Assembly (NCBI RefSeq): GCF_009834535.1
Contig: NC_045697.1
Coordinates: forward strand, 16,184,001-16,248,000
Length of the DNA stretch: 64,000 nt
Reading direction: 5' to 3'
Source: Camelus ferus
Taxonomy: Eukaryota
In this document: one piece after another, positions 52,901 through 64,000 of the stretch
Numbering within the stretch: position 1 is the first letter of the stretch
How the letters are laid out: each line of letters opens with the position of its first letter
Position numbers and translations under genes: made by a program
The notes under the pieces: model-generated
What the model saw: only the letters and a program-made list of their open reading frames with translations
Told to the model about the DNA's origin: nothing
Databases searched by the model: none

Positions 52901-55900
52901 ATCCTGTATTTTGTTAAATGTGTACCTAAATATTTTATTTTTGATGTTAATGTAAATGACATTGTATTTTACTTTCAAATTCCAATAGTTCTTTGCTAGT
53001 ATAATGGAAAGCAATCGAGTTTTGTATATTAACTCTGCATCCCATAACCTTGTTATAATCACTTATTAAGGCTCTGAATTGTTGTCAGTTCGTTGGGTTT
53101 TCCTACATAGACAATTTGTCACCTATGAAAAAAAAAAGAGACAGTTTTCTTTATTTCTGATCTGCGTATCTTTGTTACCTTTCCTTGACTTATTGCACTA
53201 GGTAGGACTCTAGTACAATGTGGGAAAAGAGTGGGGAGAAGAGAACATTCTTTCCTTACTTCCTGATCTTAAGGGAAAATTATCTTGATAACTCACTATT
53301 AATTATGATGTTAGCTGGAGTTAGTTTGTAGGTGTTATTTTTGAAAGTGAGGAAGTTACCTTCTATTCTTTCTTTCTTGAGAGATTTTATCATGAATGCA
53401 TATTGAATTTTGCCCAATGAGTTTTCTGCCTCAATTGATATGATTTTTCTTCTTTAGCCTATTGATATGGTAGATTACATAAATTGATTATCAAATGTGG
53501 AACTGGCCTTGCATAACTGGAATAAATCCCACTTTGTCATTTTGTATAATTCTTTTTGTAGAATGTTGAATTCCATTTGCTAATATTTTATTGATGATTT
53601 TGCTCTATGTTCATAAAAGCTATTGACATGTAGTATTCTTTTTTGTAATGTCTTTATCTGGTTTTGGTATTAATGTAATGCTGGCATCAGAGTTAGGAAA
53701 TGTTCCTTCTGTTTCTGTTTTCTGGAAGACATTGTAAAGAATTGAAATTGTTTCTTTCTTAAAAATTGGTAGAATTCATCAGTGAAACCATCTTGGTCAG
53801 GTGCTCTCTGTTTTAGAAGATTATTAATTATTTGTTAAATCTCTTTGATAATTAAAGGCCAATTTGATTATTTTTGCATTTGTAAGAGTTTGGGTAGTGT
53901 GTGTCTCTCAAAGAATTGGTCCATTTCATCTAAATTACCAAATTTTGGGGCCTAGAGTTGCTCATAACATTGCTTTATTGTCATTTTAATTGAGGAGGGC
54001 CTGTGTGCATCTGTGGTGATGACACTTCATTTATGATATTAGTAGTCTGTGCCTTAGTTTTCCTTTATTAGTCTAGCCAGAAGTTTATCAATTGTACTGA
54101 TTTTTCAAACAGCATTTTGTTTTGTAAATGTTCTCTATTGATTTCCTGATTTTAATTTCAGTCATTTCTACTTTAGTTTTTCATATTTATTTTCTTCTAT
54201 TTGCATTAGGATTAAATTGCTCTTCTTAGATAATTGATTTTAGATTTTTCTTCTTTTTTAATATATGCATTCAAAGCTATAAATTTCCCTTTAAACACTG
54301 CTTTTGTTGCATCACATAAATCTTAAGTTGTATTTTCATTTTACTTAGTTCAAATTATTTTAAATTTTCTCATGAGGATTTTTTTTTGACCTATGTGTTA
54401 TTTAGATTTGTGTTTTTTAAACCCCCAAAAGTTTGAGGTTTTCCAGCTGTCTGTCTGTTATTGAATTCTAGTTTAATTCCATTGTGGTCTAGAAACATAC
54501 TTTGTATGATTTCTGTTGTTTTAAATTTGTTAAGGTGTCTTTACGACCAAGATGTCAACTATCTTGGTGAGTGTTGCATTTAAGCTTGAGAAAAATGTGT
54601 ATTCTACTGTTGTTAAATGAAATATTCTCTAGATATTAAGTAGATCCAATTGACTAATGGTGGTGTTCATTTCAACTCTACCTTTTCTGATTTTCTGCGG
54701 GCTGTATCTATCAGTTACTGAAAGAAGGGTAATGAAGTCTACAACTCTAGTAGCAAATTTATTTCTATTTGCTTTTCAATCAGTTTTTACCTTATGTATT
54801 TTGATGACATGCATGCTAATGATTGTTATGTCTTCTCGGAGAATTAACCCCATTTATCAATATATAATACTCTAACAATTTTTCTTATGCTGAAGTTTGC
54901 TTCATCTGAGATTAATATAGGATTTCCATTTTCTTTTGATTAATGTTAACATGGAACATGTTTCTCCATCCTTTTTCTTTTAACCTGTGTCTTTGTATTT
55001 AAAGTGAGTTCTTGACAAACTTATGATTACCAGGAGTTAAAGGGGCTGGGAAGGGATAAATTGGGAATTCGAAAATTGCAGACTTTTTTCTTTGTCTTTG
55101 GTTTACTGTTATTTGAATATTGTTTGCCTACATATAGGGATTTCTTTTGCTTATTTTTTATATTTTCCTTGTTTGGTGTTACCTGAGCTTCCTAGATCTG
55201 TTATTTGGAGTCTGCCATTAATTCTGGAAAGTTTTCAGGCATTATTAATTCAAAAAATTCTCCTGCTTTTTCTCTCTCATTCTTCTCCTTCTCATATGTA
55301 ATAATTATGCATATGTAACAGTTTCATGATTGTCCCTCACTTTTTCTACATTCTGTTTCACATTCTTTTTTTTGTTTTGTTTTTACTTTGCATTTCATTT
55401 GAGAAGTTTCTATTCACATATCTGCAAGCTTACTGATTCTTTCTAGTCTACAGGTGAGCCCATCAGAGGAAGTTATTGTTTCTGTTACAGTGTTTTGATT
55501 TTTATCATTTCCTTTTTATTTTTATACAGTTTCCGTCTCTCTGCTTACCACTTATTCTTGCATGTTATATACCTTTTCCACAAGAGCAATTAAGATAATA
55601 ATCATGGTTATTTAAATCTCCTACCTGATAGCTCCCAAATTTGTGTTCATGTCTGAGACTGCTGCTTATGCTTGTTTTGACTCCTCAGTGTGCTTTTTTC
55701 TTGCCTTTAGTATACTTCGTATTTTTTGTTGAAAGCTAGATATGATATATTGAGTAATAAGGACTGTGGTAAAGATACCTTTATTGTGAGGTTTTGTATT
55801 AATCTAGCTAGGAGCTAGAATGTACTTACTGCTTTCTGTATATCTCAGTGCTAAAGGCTACAGCTTCCTTCAGTGTTCTCCTTTATTTCTCTCCCTCCTC

Positions 55901-56719
55901 TGTCGTACCTTGGGCTTCTCTAAGAGCGTCTGCTTGACGTTAGTCTGTATCTTCCAGCTCTTTCGGTTGTAATACACTGTAATTACACCAGAGCCCTGTC
56001 CGTGTGGTGGTAAGGACTGGGATAGGGGAGAATATTCTATAACATTATGATTAATTCTCAGTGTCTTATTTGGACTGAATCCCTGGGTTGTGACCTTCAG
56101 AAGTGTTTCTTAATCTTTTCTTCCCCTCCTCTAAGTGAGTCAGGAAAGCTGCCGAGGGATGGAATTTCCTAATTGCCCTTCTTCCAGGTAGCAAGGCTGT
56201 TTTAGGCAGGTGTCCTTGGAGAGCAGACTTTTGTTTTGAAGGATGTTCTGGATATATTTCAAATGGTTCCTTTTATCACCAACCCCCCTGCCTAAAATCC
56301 AAGGAGATGTTTCTTGGTTTTTTAATTCAAGAACATGATGGAGTTCCTGGAGGTAAATCCCATGAAAACATATGTTTGTGGGTGAGGAGAGGAGGGGTTT
56401 AAGATTGCAGACCCTAGGAGTTTCTCATTCCCACACTAGGCCACACTCAGGCTTCAGCAATTTGTCAGAATTACTTTTCAAGCATTCCTACCACTTCATG
56501 GCTCCAGTGGCTTCTGCTACAGGTCAGGTGATCTTGACTGTGATTTTCTGTATTCTCTTGTCTCTCCAGTTTTGAGGGTGGCAGTTTTCTCTATGACCTC
56601 AAATCTGATGGGTCTAAGAAAAGTCATTGATTTTCAGTTTGTTCAGCCTTTTTCTTGTTGTAAGGATGAAAGTGATGACTTCCAAGCTCTTAACATATTG
56701 GAGCAGAAACCAGAAGTCT
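49905..56719 (-). mobile_element. Near full-length but decayed, internally deleted L1MC/L1MD element
   Basis: Colinear on the - strand: 5'-UTR (56719-55600), ORF1 relic, ORF2 relic (~55010-51600) and long 3'-UTR; no open frame remains; the extreme 3' tail is missing. Confidence 0.85.
55015..55082 (+). mobile_element. 68-bp young L1 3'-UTR fragment without poly-A
   Basis: acaaacttatgattaccagg...gggaagggataaattgggaattcgaaaattgcaga matches 43827-43892 and the reverse complement of ~16042-16110. Confidence 0.85.
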
Positions 56720-57929
56720 TGCTTTTGTTTTGCAAAGGTATTTTCACCAGATATAAAATTCCCAGTTGGCAGTTTCCTCCGTCAGTGCTTTAAAGATGTT
56801 CCACCATCCTCTCACTTGATTTGTTTCCAATGAGAAATATATTCTCATCCTTATCTTAGAACACAGAAGGAGAAATAAAACAAGCTGAGGTCTGAGAAGA
56901 GGGAGAAAGAGCTTTAAAATCACACAAATCATTTATTTAAAGATGAATTACCACATCTAAAACAAGAAAGATAGGTTAATATGTCATTTTGAGGAGGACA
57001 ACTCTGGCAGATTAGCTGCTAGACTTGTGGAGATTTTGTCACCATAGATACATTTTGGGTCCACACGATTGAGTAAAAAGTAAGGTTTATACAGTTTTCT
57101 TCCCATGCCTTCATGGGTAAGACGTGGAGAGCCACTGTTAACCTGGGGAAACAGGCACTCTTCTAAAAGAAGTGATACAGAAATGAATAATCAAATATGG
57201 TCAGTTTTAGAAGCAGTTTCAATAAATCAAACATTCCAGCTCTAACTTTAAGAACGTGGCAGAAGAAATGACAGACATGACAGTGGTATTAAAAACTCCG
57301 GTTTTCCTTGACAGAGAAAAAGCAGAATCCTATAAATCAAGTATAAACTAAATAGTACTTAATCACAGTTGAAACTTGGGAAGGAAGCAGAGGTGCCTCA
57401 AAGAATTTGGGATTTTTTAAAATTCTTGCATTAGATGATATTTCCAGTTATTTACCTATGAATGAATTTCCTCCATTACAGGAATTAAGTCCCAGAGACT
57501 TAAAAGAAACTCATGGGCATAGCTTCTTAGACCAGCAATATTAAAGGGCACAGCACGTTTTATCCAACCATTAGTGGCCATTCTTTTAATGAGTTAAATG
57601 CACACCATGTAGAATGCTTTCATGATATGCTTAATTTGTTATCACATTTTGCTTGATGGGAGGGAAAGTTTGACATGGTCTCCACTTTGTCTTCCAAAAA
57701 CTTATACATTAAGATCAAACAAAACTGACAGAGAAAACCTAAACACTTTGGAGACATAATAAATATATTATAGCAATGTATGATCCGAGAGCAGAATATT
57801 GTAACAGGGGTCTGTAGCATGAAGGCAGCCAAATGAGCAGTAGTAAGTACAGAGTACAGCATTTCTCAAGAGGGAAAAGGATCTACATGCTTAGATTGGG
57901 CATGCAAACCATGATTCTATTTGTAGGTA

Positions 57930-58200
57930 ATTTTATTTATTCAACCAAAGTTATTGAAACTCTGATATATCACAAACATTTCACTGGGGAAAATAATGAT
58001 TCTAGGTCTATTGCTTTTTTTGCAAGGAGTTTACATTCTGAAGGCATAGATAGACTAGTAAAAAGGCAATTAAAGACAGAAGATTATGTTCCTTAATAGG
58101 GATAGTTACAGACTGCCATGAACGTGCATAGGAAATCCCGTGTGAATGAGGAGGGAGGGGAGAAGGTCATCTAAATAGAAGAATGGATGCCAAAGTGAAG
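57930..58200 (-). mobile_element. L2 fragment
   Basis: atttattcaaccaaagttattgaaac...caaggagtttacattct. Confidence 0.65.
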
Positions 58201-58259
58201 AATAAAAATACGCATATCTCCCCACTACAGTATTTTGTATGTTTCAGGATGGTGATAGG

Positions 58260-58722
58260 GAGTTTTCTAAAGCCCAGTCACCATCAAACCATCTTTTCAA
58301 ATTTATCCATGTCTTGTACCAACTGTACTGTTACTTAATATTGTTCTTGATATTTATTTACTTTTTTGTTTTAAATAGTTTTGCATAAAAAAGAAAGTTT
58401 ATATTTCCAGTATAAATGAAAATCAATTATACAGAAAGTAACCATACAAAGGTGAAATGAAATCACAATAATATTCTACATAGTATTGTGTTGCCTAGAA
58501 AAGTCTGACTATAAGAAGATGGGCAAGAATTTAAGACGTATTAAAGATGGACAGAATTAAACTGAGAATTTCTCCCTGACTTAATCTGAAAGACTGAAAG
58601 AACTGAGATGACTATATCTTTCTATTTGATTGGAAGTTTATGTACCACAAACTAAACTGATTACATGTACCTGCTAAAATCATAAGTTACAAAATAAGCG
58701 TTCCACATTTTGGGAAAGGCTG
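58260..58722. mobile_element. Probable hAT-Charlie relic
   Basis: Ends gttccacattttgggaaaggctg (Charlie-like TIR); AT-rich body. Confidence 0.45.
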
Positions 58723-59149
58723 GGATATACACAACAAACATTTAGGAGGAATATGGGAAATCTTAAAGCTAAAAGCAGAAGAGAAAGTCAAAAAGTCCCA
58801 GCTTTCTTTTCTTAATAAAAAACATATTATTTTTATTGGAAGTTAGACATCCAGTCCAGCCACATATTGAGTATCAGGATTCATCTACTAGCATCTGTGT
58901 ATTTTCAGGTTACATTCCGACCTTTCCGCTATTAGATCGTGTATCATTATATTGAATTGAAGTCAGGCTGTATGTAATTCCCAGACACTGGTTCTAACTT
59001 CCTGAGTGACTCACAGTCCCTTGGGGATGACAAAGTGTAATTCCTGTTATACTGGATATAAATTCACCTGTATCTCTCTCAATAACAAATGAACAGAAGT
59101 ATGCTGTAAGAATAGCCCCAATCTTCTCTAGTTTATAACAGGTAAGACT

Positions 59150-59660
59150 CAATCCCAGAATTGTGGTTTTTAATTATTTTTAGTCCTTTGGGATTCACTT
59201 ACCAACTGGAAAACACTGTGTCCCATGGGGAGATATGCGGGAGAGCTGTAGTTCCAGGGCGCAAAGCAAGTCTATTTTTGGTTTCTCACTGCTTTATAAG
59301 GATCTGGAGATCACTATCATTTCCCCCTAGGTTTCTCTTTTCCAGTATAAACATCCTCAGATACTTCGAGCTCTGATTTGGAGTTTGTTTTTATTACCCT
59401 TATCACTTGGATTGTCCTCATTTTGTGGACCTGGGTTTGCTGTCTCTCTCATATGTGTGGCCCCCAGAATGAACCCCAGTTCTGCAGCTGTTGTATGGCC
59501 AGTGTAGTGCTCGAAATAGCTGCCCCTTCTGGGGAGCTCTATTATCTCCTTTGGTCACTACTATCTAATATTACATGTGATCATTTGAGCTACCACATTT
59601 CATTGTTAGCTTATATAGAAATTGCAGTCAATGGAAATGTTAAATCTTTTCTTTTCTTTT
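59150..59660 (-). mobile_element. CR1/L3 LINE relic
   Basis: cccagaatgaaccccagttctgcagctgttgtatggccagtgtag and ttgcagtcaatggaaatgttaaatcttttc resemble antisense L3 RT-region motifs. Confidence 0.55.
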
Positions 59661-59924
59661 CTCTCTTTTTCCATGTGAGTTGTTGGTTTTCAACAGCTCT
59701 TTTAGGATAAACTTGGTTCCGTGTCTGCTGGAATTTTCATATAAGAAATGGGAAAAAAGTAGAGGAAGGCTGACAAAAGGGTTGCAGATAAAAGAAAAGA
59801 AAAGAAATTTCAAGTGTGGCACATATTAAATTGTATACGTATGTAATGTGCATTAAAATATAACTATCAAAGAAATCTCTCATTTCACAGATATTTTTAG
59901 TTAGGATGAGTCTATGTTTAAAAA

Positions 59925-60665
59925 GGAATTTAATCATTAGCTGTCAGGAAAATGGAAAACAAAATCACAATGAGATAATACTTTACACCTGCTAGGACTG
60001 CTGTAATCAGAAAATCAGACAATGTGAAATATTGGCGAGTATGTGGCAAAATCAGTACCCTCATATACTGCTGATGAGAATATAAAATGGTACAGACATT
60101 TTGCAAAACAGTCTGACAATTCCTCAAAAGATTAAACATAGAGGTACCATATGACACAACAATTTTACTCCTAGACATGAAAAATAAGAAAAAATAGAAA
60201 CTTGTACATGTATATTCATAGCAGTATCATGCATATTAGCCCCAAAATGGAAATAACTCAAATGTCTGTCAACTGTTCAATGGATGAATAAAATAAACAT
60301 CTCTACAATGGAATATTATTCAGCAATTAAAAATATTAAAGTACTGATAAATGTTACAACATGGATGAAACTTGAAAACATTATATTAATTAAAAGAAAT
60401 CAGTCACAAAAGACCACATATTACGTGATACCATTTATATTAAATATCTAGAATAGACAAAAATACAGACAGGGAAAGTAGCTTTCAGGGAGACTGGTTG
60501 ATGAGAAATAGTGACTGTTAATAGGTACAGGATTTCTTTTGGGGATAGTAGAAATGTTTTAAAATTGATTTCACAGCTCTGAATGTACTAAAAAGCATTT
60601 AGTTGTACACTTTAAGTGAGTAAATTGTATGACATATGAATTATATCTCAAAAAGTCATAAAAAG
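59925..60665 (+). mobile_element. L1MB/ME 3' region
   Basis: aaaatcacaatgagataatactttacacct...tacaatggaatattattcagcaat...gaattatatctcaaaaaag. Confidence 0.9.
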
Positions 60666-60759
60666 TGATTTTTAAATTGATATATAATATATTAAATAAC
60701 ATACAAGTATATTATATATATAAATTAAGTGAATGCATAGTACACATTTGCACCAGTTT

Positions 60760-61040
60760 AGAGATGTTTCACTGCAAGTGAGAGAAAACTCAAATGTTCT
60801 AAACAAGTAGATATTGACATTTATACATAAGGAATTTCTGGTTGTAGGTGGTTTCAGATCTTTGTTCACTTGCTTGAATTGTATCAACAAGGACCCAAGT
60901 GTCCTTTTGTTTTTCCATTTCTTAGATGTCAGTGGTTCATTCTTAAACTTATTACCTCATGGTTGCAAAGTGGCTGCCACATATGAGAATGCTCCAGGTT
61001 GTCCATGCATTGTCTCCTTCCTGTTCACTTGAATGAGAGA
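60760..61040 (-). mobile_element. Old MaLR LTR fragment
   Basis: tcaacaaggacccaag...cctcatggttgcaaagtggctgcc...gctccagg. Confidence 0.6.
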
Positions 61041-61074
61041 AAAAGAGTTTGTAAATCTATAAATGTGAGTCACT

Positions 61075-61227
61075 GCTCAAAGGGAGTCCATCCAAGAGGA
61101 CAGCCTAACCACGAATATCCACAGTGGACTTAGTGAGAACGAAAAATACAGCTTTGTTTTCTAAGCTACTGAGCCTTAAAATTTTAATTTTTTCCATGAC
61201 ATCCTGTCACCTTCTCTGACTAACACA
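61075..61227 (+). mobile_element. MLT1 LTR 3' end
   Basis: gaaaaatacagctttgttttctaagctactgag...ctgactaacaca. Confidence 0.7.
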
Positions 61228-61534
61228 GCATGGGAAACATGATTAGGGAGGAAGTTCTTTCACTGGGCTCCTTTATGTCACGAGTGTGGGCTTTGCCAAA
61301 ATTTTACCACTTTGGTCATTGAAAGGATTTTGTTGTTTCTGGAGTAGTGAAGAAGATAATGCTTGTTTCTCCTACTCCTCCCCACTTTCTATTTTGCAGG
61401 TATCATTTTTTCTTTATTAATAGAGTCTAGCTACTAGAACATTGCACAGAATCTAGAATACACACAATAAGCAAATGGTGGAAGAAAAAAGGGAGAAAGG
61501 AAGGTGATAATGGGGATGGGTTGAGCACATCAAA

Positions 61535-61758
61535 GCAGGAGAGTATGGTGGCAAGAGCATCAGCGCCAGAGCCAGTTGAATGGGTTCAAAATCCAGTTCT
61601 TTCATTTACTAGCCTTTTGGCCTTGGATCAATCACCTCTCCATGCTTTTGCTTCCTCGTTTCTAAAATAGTGAAAATTATTTTGAGGAAGTGGGGTATAC
61701 GCTTGGAACAGAATTTGGCATGTGGCAATGTTATGCAGGTGTTAGCTATTGTTATTAT
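61535..61758 (+). mobile_element. MIR SINE
   Basis: gggttcaaaatccagttc...ttactagcc...cttcctcgtttctaaaatag...gttagctattgttatt. Confidence 0.85.
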
Positions 61759-61952
61759 GATATGAACCTCAAAATACTCTTCCTATCCTAACTCCAGTAG
61801 AATACCCCATAGGGTTGCTTGTAAATCAGTCTCTCCCTTATTACACCAATAAAGCCATACTGTAAAATGGGTAATGAAAATAATACTTCTAAAATTCTAA
61901 CCCATGTCTGCGCATTTCCCTTTCTTCAGTCTCTCTGCAATTAAAACTAAGT

Positions 61953-62980
61953 TGTCAGGTTTAGGGTTTCCAGAAAAAGAGAGAGAGAGAGAATAAGCCA
62001 GGTAGAAGTCATTGCCAGAGAGAGAGAGAAAAAGAAAAACTGGTCCTTCTGTCCAGGCAATTGTGGGAAGGAGAAGAAAGGGTTAGTAGGAGAAAGTCTC
62101 CTGATCGTCCTTCAGGAGGAAAGAGGCATCGTAACCAAGGGAAATATAACCAAAGGAGGAGGTTTGATGAGTTCCTCCTTATACTCCTGGGAGAAGTTCT
62201 CTGTGTTGTGTGGCCCCTTTTCCAACATGAGGAGGTGGAATGAGCAGTGGTGGGCCAGAGTGAGCCCCGGTTAATGACCCAGAACTGGACACTGAGCTCC
62301 TGAGGGGAAAAGGCCTGATGAAGCATTTGTGGGGGGAAGGTGTGATGGGCCAGGGGATGTAAAGGAGAGTTGATGGACCAGTTGGGAAACTTAACAGGAA
62401 ACATTGCTGTTAGGAAGATGTCACTCCATCGCTGAAGGCAGCTGAGCAGCGCTCAGGCTAGAGGTGGTCCAGTTGTCACAATCTGGACTCTGGAGACACC
62501 ACACCCAGCACCAACAAGGAGTGAGATGGGACGGAGAACCTGACCAAGTCAAGTGGACAGACCACAGGAGCCCCAGGGGCTGACAGCAGCAGCACATCTT
62601 GCCAGGAAACCCAGGATGGGGCCAGATGTACGTTGCCAAAGATGCTTGACAGTGCTCACTCAGAGGCCAGCTGCCCAGATGTGGAGAACGGGAGCCAGAG
62701 GTGACTTATCACCTCTTTACCAGTATAGTAGCCTGAAAGCTTTCTCCTCCTCTCAGATACTCTCTTGATAAGGAGCAAAGGAAGGGAGGACAGTCTCGAT
62801 GGGATAGTTGCAAGACAGAGGTGGCTTAAATTGAGAAAGAGGGATATATTCTTAATTGGTGAGTTTTGTAAACCTCCCTGACTATCCATTGGTCAGGGAC
62901 TCCTGAAAACAGATTAGATACTACAGAAAGATAAAGGTGTGCTTGTCATTCCCTCATTTGTTTGTTTGCTTGTTGTTTGA
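61953..62980 (-). mobile_element. Probable old LTR (LTR78-like, uncertain)
   Basis: Abrupt GC/purine-rich block starting tgtcaggtttagggtttcc(ga)n, i.e. a ...CA terminus on the - strand. Confidence 0.4.
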
Positions 62981-64000
62981 CCTCTGTTATAATAATGAGA
63001 TGTATTTAAAGTGCTTACCCCCACCTGCTGTATTTAACCTTCAGATTCACTTTATGGAAGGCCAATAGACCTAAGTAACAGGACCTTTTGACATCTTTCT
63101 CAAGGTATCTGGATATTATCTTTTTCATCACCAAAGGGGAAGTAGGCCTGCTCTAAGTTAAGAGCCAGCAAAGCCTCCTGAGAGGAGCTAAAATAAAGGT
63201 ATCGTGGGTGCTGCCTCTGTGGCAGAAAGAGGGCTTGTCCCACGTGGAGGGACGAGAGGACCAGAGGAAGTGGCCGTTCACAGAGAGGACCTAAGCATGA
63301 GATTCTTCCTTCCCCAAATATTCTCTCCAGGATTCTTCTCTTACTGAGGTGAGGTGGAAATGGTGATGAGGACCCGCCCATTAGAAACCCAGAGTGGTGG
63401 CCCCCAGAGCAGGAAGCATGCCCACAGGGCAGGACCAGGTGGGCATGTGGGGAGCAGCGGGGAGGCTGTGAGATGGAGAAGCTGCTTGGTCTCTGAGTAT
63501 CTGGAGTGAGCCCGGGACGTGGAACTGCACTACAAAGACTGCTGCTTGAGGGAGATTTTCAATTTTTGAGGTAATCTAGAGATTTAATATTTGTTAAATT
63601 ATATCCTATTGATTAAACCTCGGTGATAAATTTGTGTTACGTGTGTTTGTAAGCAGAGAGCTTTAAGATAGCCTGGTAGATTTTATTTTCTCAGCTCAAC
63701 TGGGTGGAGGCTTTATCAATTGAATTGTAAAAATCTCTTTTATAAAGTGATGCATTTTTAAATCACCATAATCTTAGAACATAGTTCTTATTGAAAACAC
63801 TTAACTATTGATATGGCATTACCACCTGCTAATCCAAATGATTATGATGCCAGGGATATGTCATTTGAATGCATAGCAGTTAAATATTAGACTTGCCTTG
63901 GATCTAGTGAGTCTACTTTTTGAGATCTACTTCAAGGTTACAATATAAATTACAATAAAATTTTACAACATATAGGTTCTAGTATTAATACTAATTAAAA

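Noticed and set aside
45810..55010. Functional reverse transcriptase / active L1
   Set aside because: ORF2 motifs are recognisable but riddled with stops and frameshifts; no long ORF in the track.

Overview
Mammalian genomic DNA, most likely camelid (alpaca/vicuna/camel). The species call rests on three Vic-1-type tRNA-Ala-derived SINEs and young artiodactyl-type L1 3' ends, with no Alu, B1, Bov-tA or PRE-1 recognised. The window is AT-rich, CpG-poor and non-coding. I found no credible protein-coding exon, RNA gene, CpG island or CRISPR array, and the ORF-track entries look like chance frames, many inside repeats. Roughly half the sequence is recognisable transposon relics: L1 of several ages, L2, CR1/L3, MIR, MaLR/ERVL LTRs and hAT/Tigger DNA elements. 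These include a ~13.5 kb nested L1 cluster at 43.3-56.9 kb. I found no new biological system. The best observations are mechanistic fossils: a twin-primed (5'-inverted) L1; a tail-less 68-bp young L1 piece at a deletion junction in an old L1; a SINE with an extra 33-bp cassette inside its TSDs; and a CTCF site with its upstream motif in repeat-free DNA. Repeat family names come from my recollection of consensus sequences, not a database search. Boundaries of old elements are approximate.
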